A stretch of 64,000 nucleotides of DNA from Harriotta raleighana (taxonomy: Eukaryota): the NCBI GenBank assembly GCA_050575255.1, contig JBNZDD010013683.1, forward strand, positions 4,000,456 to 4,064,455, written 5' to 3'. The notes beneath the pieces are model-generated. The model saw only the letters and a list, made by a program, of their open reading frames with translations, made no database searches and was not told the origin of the DNA. Positions 55,026-64,000 of the stretch are shown here, piece after piece. The first letter of the stretch is position 1; every line of letters begins with the position of its first letter. The position numbers and the translations under genes are program-made.

Positions 55026-55671
55026 AAAAAGGTTTGCGAGCTGCTGTAAAGTACGCACAGTTCCCCAGCACTGCGTACCATGAAATCACAGGTTCACGGC
55101 CACAATAAATTGCTCAGCTTGACCCAGCCATCAGGCAAACAAAGCCCTGGTATTTCCCCACTGGAGGACACAGAAATCAAAGAGCGTGTCTCTTCAGAGC
55201 AGCGTTATGGTCATTCTTAGGGAGATCAACCCTGCGATGTTAATACCACACCAACCACTGAATCAACGGGGAAATCTCTTCCAAGTGCTTTCACTGCAAA
55301 GGTCACTACCAAAGCCCCGTCGCTGCCCGCTCCGAATACACCTTATAAATGCAAACACTCCACTGCAGTCCTGTGGGTTGACGTTTCGCCCATGAAACAT
55401 ACAATCCCAGAGCTTTTGAGGTGTCTCGAAGACACGTTAAGGCGCTACATCGGGGTCACGGACAGACTCGACCACCGCCAAGCGCTTCAGACGGGCGTTT
55501 CTCCCAGCAACCTGACCCAACAGTCTCCGAGATAAAATCGGGCATTCACTTCACTTCGTGGCCGTTTGCGGGATGTGGCCACGTGCAAAGCTGGTCGCCA
55601 AGTTTGCCTGGGAAACAGGCAGAAATTCATGACACCAAAGGCCCTACTTTCAAAATGCAAGGATTAATAAC

Positions 55672-55863
55672 NNNNNNNNNNNNNNNNNNNNNNNNNNNNN
55701 NNNNNNNNNNNNNNNNNNNNNNNNNNNNNNNNNNNNNNNNNNNNNNNNNNNNNNNNNNNNNNNNNNNNNNNNNNNNNNNNNNNNNNNNNNNNNNNNNNNN
55801 NNNNNNNNNNNNNNNNNNNNNNNNNNNNNNNNNNNNNNNNNNNNNNNNNNNNNNNNNNNNNNN
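55672..55863. other. Assembly gap (192 N)
   Basis: Run of N flanked by SINE tail sequence. Confidence 0.99.
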
Positions 55864-56330
55864 AAGCGCTTTGGGACGTCGATAAGATGTGAAAAGCGCT
55901 ATATCAAATGCAAGGATTATTATTATTATTATTATTAATCTCAGCAGAAGATTCTTTGTCATCACATTATCTCTGTCACGTGACAGTCTCCCACTGCGTC
56001 TGTTCCAATGAAATCCGTGGGCAGCAGCGTTTCTCCCAAGGCTTTTGTCCGGGTCACTCAACAACGACCACAAACCTTTCCACTCGTACTGTGCCTTTCA
56101 CGTTCCGGAGGACGTCCCGAGCGCTCAGCACAACGCAGCAGCAAGCTAACATCTTGCAATTCGGTAGCAACGACCAGAAAGGCCGTTTTAAGCTTTCACG
56201 TTTTCAATGCGCTCGTCCTCCACTTACTCGATTCAAGGCAACAAATCTGACTTCAAACCTATGCTTTCTCGTCCCACTGAAAACCCCCTCCCCCCGGGTT
56301 CCAGGTTCGATTGACTAACCCCACACTTAC

Positions 56331-56880
56331 TGTTCAGATGCTGGTAGACATCCAGCATTGTGAGCAAAGTCTCCTCGTTGATGCGAGCGATCCCTTGCCA
56401 AACGCACATGTGCTTCACGTTCACTTTGCACAACTCTTTGCTCCCGCACAGCACCGTGGCCGACTTTCGGGCGCTCGCGCTCGGCCCCGGTTTGGATACC
56501 GCCCCCCCCCCTCTTCCCGTCACTCCGCACGCGGTGGGGATCCCGCTGACCCGGTTCCCGGGCGCGGCCCTCTCAGGACGCCCGCAGGCCGAGCCGAAGG
56601 CTTTCCGAAATATTCCCGACGAGTTGAGCTCTGTGGGAGTGTCCGTTTGCGCCCTCGCGGCTTCTCCCCATTGTCGGCGGTGTTGTTGTTGTTGTTGGTG
56701 GTCGCGGTGCTGCTGCTGCTTTGAATCTCTCAGCAGACTGCTGCAGCCCCAGGACAGCACGGGATTTCTGGGGTAAAACCGACCCTTTTCGGATCTTGCA
56801 ATTCCGGCTTTGACTTTCTGTTCATAGTCTGTGGGATTTTTCGACCCGTAAACGCGGTTTCTGCTGCTCGGCTGGTACAT
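56331..56880 (-). CDS. NAV2: Putative alternative first coding exon of NAV2 (183 codons + 1 nt), NAV1-exon-1-like
   Basis: ATG with G at -3, uninterrupted ORF in CpG-rich sequence, consensus donor A|GTAAGT in phase 1 matching the acceptor at 54368. Contains SGIP and a Gln/His tract. Confidence 0.72.
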
Positions 56881-56950
56881 CGCTGACTGACTGACTGACT
56901 GACGACAGGATTCCGTTCCTGTTCCTTTCTCTCTCTCGTCGGGTCTCCCA
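56380..56950. promoter_or_regulatory. CpG-rich island over the putative internal first exon and promoter
   Basis: Visibly high GC and CpG density (e.g. gggcgctcgcgctcggccccgg, cccgggcgcggccc) against an AT-rich intronic background; not quantified. Confidence 0.6.
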
Positions 56951-58139
56951 CTGAAAGTTTATTCTCTGCCTTACGCGTGCAGTTGAGTGTTAAACAAGCC
57001 TCTTTCAGTAGGTTTTTCGCATGTCTGCTAACTTTCATCTGCGGCAAAGTAACTGATCTGACCCCCCTCCCCCCACACACTCCACCCCCACCCAAACACG
57101 CCAGGTGAACTTTTGGAGTTTGCACAGATTTAGGTCAAAAGTAGTAAGCGTAAGGCAACAGAAACCCATCAACCAGATTTTGCTTCACACAGTCTGTTGT
57201 GAAGGGACACTTTCTCTTGCACAGCGAGTGAGCGAGCTCTCTTACTCCAGGCTTCTTAAGCCCGTATTTAAATTGACGGATGGGGTTGGCGGGGGTGGGA
57301 GGGGAGAAGGAGAAAACGGCCTGTTATGTTCTCGGGTCAGCCATACAGAGGAAAGCTTATTGAAAACGTTTCAGTCATTACCATCGCAGCACAGTCTGAG
57401 TCCTCACTGCCCCCTTAATATGCGTCCGGTGTTCCTCTTTTTCATACTTGTGTTTGTCTTGCTCTAAGGCTGCCATGGTACAAACAGCTGAAATGGGCAC
57501 AACAGCAGCTCTGCCGACCTCAGACTACAAAACGTCTATTCACCACCTCCAGTGTTGTGAATCTTGCTCTATTCAAAAAAGACATAAGCCTTTCCCTCCC
57601 CCCACACTCCCCTACCCCCAACCCCCACCCCCACACCCACCCAACCAATAAACTGCAAATGCTTCTTTTAACCCACTAAGAGAATAGATGAACAGAAGAA
57701 CAAATTTCCTCTTAAACCCCCTCCCCCTCCACCNACCATCCCACACCCGTCTCAAGATGCCACTCACTTTGGTTACAGGGAGGTAAACTGAAGGGGGGGG
57801 GAATTTCAACAAAGTATATGGTGTTATGGGTGGGGGGGGGGGGATGGGGGGAAGCCTTTTTGCTAATTTTGTTCCACCCTTTGCTCTCTCCTACAGCTTT
57901 TGATTTTTTGTTTCAAGGTGCTTTGTTCTCTACTCAATCCTGGTGGTTTGTAAGTAGAGAGATAGCGGCCATATCCAATCCTACCTTTGCCCCTCATCCA
58001 CATGCAGGAGTTCACTTGAAAGCAATTAGGATTTGGAGCTAGGTTGGTTGGTCGACGTTTCTCCTCAGTCTAAGGCCAAATATGACACTTCTACTTCTGA
58101 CCAGGTTGATAACAGCAAACAAATGTCATCCTACAATCT

Positions 58140-58412
58140 TCCGGCCTCCCCCTCTTCCCCCTCTCCACCATCGGCGGCCACGCTTTCAGCCACTATATCT
58201 TGAAACTTTGGAACTCCCTCCCTCAAACTGTTCGCCCCCACTCCCCTCCTCCCCCCCTCCTTCAGATCGCGCCTGAGGATCTTTCTCTTCGACCGCACTT
58301 ATAGTCAACTTCCCCCTCCCTCTGGCTCGGCCTCGGGTTCCGACATAGTGCAGCGCTTTGAGAGGCCGCCCGCGGTGAAAGGCACTAAATAAATGCAAGT
58401 TATTGTTGTTTG
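58140..58412 (+). mobile_element. L2-type LINE 3' fragment
   Basis: ccaccatcggcggccacgctttcagc...gcgctttgag...gtgaaaggcactaaataaatgcaagttattgttg. Confidence 0.8.
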
Positions 58413-58773
58413 TTGAATGGTTAAGGACCATACCATTTTGATTCAGAATCTATTTTTAACCTGGAATATCACCAAACAGGATCCCACTTGCCTTCCCTTC
58501 CTCTTATTTGCAAGTCTGTGCTACAGAGAGCCATCAACACAATGCTGTGGGTGTTAAAGGAACAGTCTTCCCAGGCATCCAGGGATTCAGGTTGGGCGAC
58601 AATTCAGTGGCAATTTACCTTTAACAACCTGCAGCGTTAAACCTCAAAATTAGAGAGCGCAAAATCTCTACCTTGTTTAAAAAAAAAAGAATGAAAACTC
58701 TTCAATTGCACTGTGGGTTTGACATCCTAGCTCAGCTATAGGTATACATTAGAGACGTTGCCACATGTGCTTT

Positions 58774-58804
<31 letters not shown>

Positions 58805-59494
58805 CTTCCCTCCCTCCCATTCCCGAGCCTGACCTCATTTTTTAGTGCTGCACATTGCACACGGTACATCCAAGTAAGGTTAGTTTCACTCCCGCTAATG
58901 GCCCTGATCCCTGGGAAAGCACCGATGCCGGGAGCACCCGCCAAAATGAGGGCCCACTGTCCCAGTGGATTAAGNTAAGAAAGGTTAGTTTCACTCCCGC
59001 TAATGGCCCTGATCCCTGGGAAAGCACCAATGCCGGGAGCACCCGCCAAAATGAGGGCCCACTGTCCCAGTGGATTAAGAATGGGTCAATCAGGAACAGT
59101 AAATGCAACGTCCTCAAGAGAGATGAGACGTAAACGCTACATTTTTAAATGCATAACATTTTAATTTTCTTTCAAATGGAAGTGAAATTGGTTCCATTAA
59201 TCAAAACGTTGCTTTGTTGATGTCGCTGTTCGCACGTACAACACTCAGGCCATAAACTCTTGTCTGCGTGGCGTTGGTGATTGCATAGAATGATGTTAAT
59301 GTGATTGCCACAAATTCAGCACAAAACCGCTGCATCAATGTTATAAGCATAGGATATTCTCTCTGCGATATCTAAGTTGGACCTCTACATCTGACTGGGT
59401 TTACCTTAAGGCTGTCAAGGGAGAGATTGGCATGATAGGAATAAAACAACTAAGTTAACAAAGCCTCGACAACATAAATATTTTGTATGAATAA

Positions 59495-59783
59495 TATTAA
59501 TCATTGCATTTGATATCGCGCTTTTCACATCTTATCGACCTCTCAAAGAGCTTCACAGAATCTACTGTAAAGAGAATTGATTGTATATATATTTGTGGGC
59601 GAAACGCGGCAGCCAATTGCGTACAGCCGGGTCCCACCAACAGTCGTTGGTTTGAAAATGACCAATTTTTATTATTGTGGAGAAAAGAAACGGGCCCCAG
59701 GTTTCGCCCTGATCTGTCTGGATTCGAACACAAGTCTCACGCTTGTAAGGCAAGTGCTCTAACCACTGAGCTACAAGAGCTCC
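59495..59783 (-). mobile_element. Same SINE family, full length, minus strand
   Basis: Reverse complement of head (GTTCGAATCC B box), body and tail. Confidence 0.9.
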
Positions 59784-59824
59784 ACCTGACTCCCCATTGC
59801 TTCAGCTTATACTGAACAAGAGGG

Positions 59825-60145
59825 ACGAGGAAAGCCCAAGACTCGATTCCTGGAACACTCTGAGCTACATGATCTCGGAAATTAGGCGCATTGCAGTCAG
59901 CTCTCGGGCTTCAGGTTTTAGTGAAGACAAACTCGGCCGGGAATCACATTTGTAACGCCCCCTCACACAGGATAGTATCTCGGAGTGTGCATACCTTTCA
60001 GGTGAGGACAGAATTAGGCTCGGCTGTTAAAGCCATATACAGTTGAGTAAATTGACCCCCACTCACCATTCAGAGGATAATTGCCACTCGGGGAAGGCAC
60101 CACAGTGTTGTCAGCACCTGTAGAAATCCACCCCCACAAAAGACA
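59825..60145 (+). repeat. Ancient SINE-like repeat of a second family; related fragments at about 20925-20975, 42420-42555 and 51690-51755
   Basis: Shared degenerate motifs (tagctgatctc, ggtgaggacag.a.t.ggctcggctgt, gttga.ta..ctg.c...cactcac). Family not identified. Confidence 0.45.
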
Positions 60146-60406
60146 GAAAGAATTAGACAAATGCATTCAGTAAAAAGGAGAAAAATGTTGAGATTAGATT
60201 TTTTTCAAAATAGCTAACAGGAGATACTATCGATAATTATCCCGTTATTAACAAAAAGTTAGGCATGAAGGATACGGTTTTTAAAATATATCAAAAATAA
60301 CACTATCGATATTTCTATTGTCTAGTTTCGAAATAAAATGATTATTTCAAAGAAGAAAAGGAACGCTGTATATTCGTTCAATTTGCAGTTCATTTTCTTC
60401 GTCAAA

Positions 60407-60526
60407 ATAATAATAAATCTTGCATTTGATATAGCGTCTAAACACATTTTCAAGATGTCTCAAAGCGGCTTCATAGAAGATACCATAAAGTGAATCAACG
60501 GTATATTTTGTGGGGGAAACACAGCG
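60407..60526 (-). mobile_element. SINE 3' fragment starting about 13 nt into the intron after the 60538 donor
   Basis: Family tail sequence on the minus strand. Confidence 0.78.
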
Positions 60527-60538
60527 ACTGTAACTCAC

Positions 60539-60651
60539 CAGGCTGATCTTCCAAGCAGGGCTGTCCATTTTTGCTGTATAGAACAGTTTCCATGTTCACT
60601 CCCCCACTACTGGATTCAGTTATAACATTCCCTTCATTGTCTGTCTGTGAC
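60539..60651 (-). CDS. NAV2: NAV2 exon, 113 nt (SQTDNEGNVITESSSGGVNMETVLYSKNGQPCLEDQP)
   Basis: Acceptor ttttttag|G, donor G|GTGAGT, phase 2 to 1. Resembles NAV2 SQTDTEGNVTAESSS as recalled. Confidence 0.93.
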
Positions 60652-62627
60652 CTAAAAAAGAACAAGCCATCACAAACACGAAGCACAGAACAGCAGACTG
60701 ACTCTGCATAATTTATCAGCCTCTCCTGAAGCTAGAGCGAGGAAAACTGAAAATTCACTGAGCCGTAGGTAAAACAGTTGTTGGTAATCAAAATCATGAG
60801 GTGTGGTTCGACTCACAGTGTTATTTGCCCAACACATAGTAATCAAATTGTTTATAATAGTTTAATGGAAGTGTATCTGAAGCAGCGTATTTTTTTTTAA
60901 AAACTTGCTACAAAGTCTGTAATGCCTGAGGAATTCCCCCATCCATCCCTCCCAACAATCACCCAGAAATTCGAATGCAAGGATTATATATTTTTCAAAT
61001 TCTTTTCTCTCCTCTCCTTACAGCCAATTGACTTTGTTTTCTTTCCACTGCATTGTAGTTTCACATTCATCAGTAACCCTCTTGTACTTTGCTCAAGTGT
61101 CCATTGTACACTTGTTCAGCTCTCAGTGGTAAGTTAGCTTGATTCCGCCCTCTTTCTCTCAATTTCACACACAAACACAGACATGCCAATACTCACACAC
61201 CAACACACATACATACAGTTCACAAGGAGTAACTGATCAGTGATCAAAGAGAACGGAATCAAGGCTGATTTCCCCTGCCTGCCCAGGTCATTCCCCATTG
61301 CTCGCCTGACTGAGATTCGTTAACTCCATAACTCCACATGCCATTCGATATTCAACTGGGAGCCACCCGGCTCTATTCTTTATTGCAGAAACTCGCTGAG
61401 AAATCCGGGAAACTTAACATTCCTAATCTTAGCTCCATATACACACACACGCACCTAAAATCAGAAGATGGGCGTACGCACCAAACAATCTGCGGACTTC
61501 ACTGCATCAACTTTCTTTCAAATCCTCTCCTCTCTCATTGTCCTTACCTCCTTGTGTGTTTTATTTGGTTTCGTTTGTATTATTATTTTCTGTGTTGTTT
61601 TTCTTTGTGCAACCATAAGCCCATGTTAGCTTTAACTGAAAAGGGTCATTTGGTGTTGAAAATTGGAACCAGCTCCCAAATAGTTCCAATATATATATAT
61701 ATATATACACACACAGCACGAGACGCAAACAGGAACCTCATCTGCCTGACTGCCATGGTGAAAACAATTCCGATAAGTGAGAGGGAATGTCTTGATTCAG
61801 ATGTACACAAATCCAGTAAATCCTAAAGAAGGAAATTTGCTGTGCAGCATAAACACACGTCACAGCACAAACTTGTGGTCTCCAAGCAACAATAAAAAGA
61901 TAATGGAATCGCTCTTCTAGAGCTCCATTTGCAAAGCGTTTTCATGGTAGTTACGCTGGGCTGAAGCCAACACTGAATTCTTGAATGCTTAGGCAAGTGC
62001 CCTCTCCCCCCAAGAATGTTTCACTCTTTCCTTTCGCTCCTGTGTTGCAGGTGAGAATTTTTTCTTCTCGAGTTCGTTTCCATGAATGCCATCACCTTCC
62101 TGATACCTCACCCACCCCTTCCTTTGTGCTAGACAGCGAATGTTTTGGGGGCGTTCTGGGCTCTCCTCACCCACATCTAAACACGCCTTCTAGCAAAGTC
62201 CAGTGAAGCAGAACATTGTCCCTAGATTTCGCTCTTTGCAGACCTGGGAGTTTGAGCCATACTGTTGGGAACAGACGAGAATGGCTAACCCAACAGTTAC
62301 ACCTCGGAAGTTCCTGCTGTCTAACTCAATGCCACACTATTCAGTGCAATTGCTCACTGGGCCATCAAGGAAGCAGCCACATTAGAAGCACTAGTCTTCG
62401 GCGCGTTTTGTGAGAAATAATTGGCGCATTAAAAATGGCATCTGCAAATTGATGTCCCTATGAAAGAGAAATGAATTGAAATGTAATCCATTTCCCAATT
62501 TGCTTTAAATACTCCATCAAGTCCCAGGGCACTCCTCGAACACTTCTGTAAGATCGCGGTGGTTTTACATCTATTTCTGATTTTGATGAAGTGTCTCTGG
62601 TGAAACACAGATCTAACGAATCTAAAC

Positions 62628-62768
62628 TAAGTCAGAAGATAGTGGATTCACGCTCCACGTTGGGATTGTGAAGTTCACAGTCTAGGCTGACCCTCCAGCT
62701 CAGTGCTAGGAGAGCACTTTATCCTGAGGTCCTACCTGCCTGTTCAGGTGTATATCAAAGACACAATC
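62628..62768 (+). mobile_element. Ancient AmnSINE1/SacSINE1-like (DeuSINE) 5' fragment
   Basis: agtcagaaga...tctaggctgaccctccag.tcagtgct...tgaggtcctacctgcctgttcaggtg resembles my recollection of the consensus. Confidence 0.55.
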
Positions 62769-62770
62769 CT

Positions 62771-62808
<38 letters not shown>

Positions 62809-63036
62809 AAAATGGCCGTTCACTTTGTGGCTGTTTGCGGATCTTCGATGTAAATCAATTGAACAACAACAAATGACACTTGCACAGCGCCATGCGTGTT
62901 AAGAAGACGTCCCAAAGCGCGGAAAGGCGGAGGAGGAGGAGGAGGGGGTCGATGCAACTCAAAAATTGACCATCAAATAAACAGTCTGAGCCACTGAAAC
63001 CAGTTGGCAATGTCAACACTGAACACCATACCTTAC

Positions 63037-64000
63037 CTGTACATGAACGGAGCAACAGTGGCAGTGTTGGGATGGTTGTATTGCTGCTGTGGATGAGGTA
63101 GCTGGACACTGACAGTGTTACTTGCTGTAGTTTGGGTCGTGCTGGCTGTGGTGGCAGACTGAGCGATGCTGTTGTTCGCAGAGGAGGTCCCTCCGGGCCC
63201 TTTCCCCTCAGATGAGGCTAAACTACTGGAGCTCGAGTTCTTACTGTCCAACTGTGCTTTCTGCAGTGAGAGACCAGCGCCCAGCTTCCCACTGCGGGGT
63301 CTCTCTGTCTCCTTGGCGGGAGCTTGGGCACTTGTCGTTTTCCCTGTATGAGGTTTTAGCCCTGGTTTTGGTATTCCACTTTGTTGAGGTGCGGATGGGT
63401 CTTTTTTGGCACCAATCAGTTTCCCTCCTTTTGGGATAAAGCTTGTGATCTTAGAGGACTTTTTTGGCATGTCAGAAGTAGATGTCGGTGGTTCCTCTTT
63501 TGGCTCCTTTGCCACGTCTACCTTTTCAGAGATAGAGACCCTTTTTGTGACCTCCTTCGCTTTGTCCTTCTCCTTCTGCTTCTCCTTCTCCTTCTCACTG
63601 CCTTTTGCCGAGCTTTTCTTATTGCTCAACGCTCGACTGATAGTCCTTTGTGCAATGCCTTTTAGTGCAATTTTGGGGCTGTTTGAGGCAGGTCCTGGGC
63701 TATTAACACTTCTGGTCGAGGTGTCCATTTCACTAAGGTCCGCACAGTTTGCGGCTGGCTCCAGTCGCTCGCAGCTGCTTTCGTGAGGCCCTGAGGTGTC
63801 CACGCTGGTTCCGCTGGCCTTAGAACCACTTTTGCTATTGAACAGCTTTAGCTTCTCCAGCATGGACTTTTGGCCGTTGGCATTGGACTTGGCGTTGGAG
63901 GCTGGCTCAGCAGGTGGCTTGGGTGGCTCCTGAGCGGGCTGTTGCTTCACAGATAGCATGGAAGACGTGGCAGTGTGCTTGGCATTGAGGGACTTGCTAC
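63037..64000 (-). CDS. NAV2: NAV2 large Ser/Lys/Pro-rich exon, 5' end outside the window (SKSLNAKHTATSSMLSVKQQP...KSMLEKLKLFNSK...SFIPK...SGIPKPG...NHPNTATVAPFMYR)
   Basis: Frame is open to the window edge. Contains navigator-family motifs KSMLEKLKLFNSK and HPNTATVAPF.YR plus SxIP-type motifs SFIP and SGIP. Donor AG|GTAAGG at 63036, phase 2. Confidence 0.96.

Overview
This is vertebrate genomic DNA, most likely a cartilaginous fish; the repeat content suggests elephant shark (Callorhinchus milii), which is an inference. The whole window is the middle of one minus-strand gene, neuron navigator 2 (NAV2, unc-53 homologue). I traced 12 phase-consistent coding exons with GT-AG sites from beyond 64000 down to 2510; the gene continues past both ends of the window. 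The introns hold many copies of a tRNA-headed Deu-domain SINE, L2 and CR1 3' fragments, a probable L1 fragment, microsatellites, one 192-N gap and several single-N tandem duplications that look like assembly artefacts. No prokaryotic-type system is present. The most interesting signals concern isoform architecture: (1) a CpG-rich 550-nt coding alternative first exon resembling NAV1 exon 1, with its own SxIP motif, that splices in frame into the NAV2 body; (2) a short MLWTRVLNT alternative first exon near a CTCF-like site; (3) a 59-nt exon that breaks frame, apparently through a 7-nt deletion, with a possible compensating acceptor; (4) a speculative duplicated or terminal exon at 537-616.
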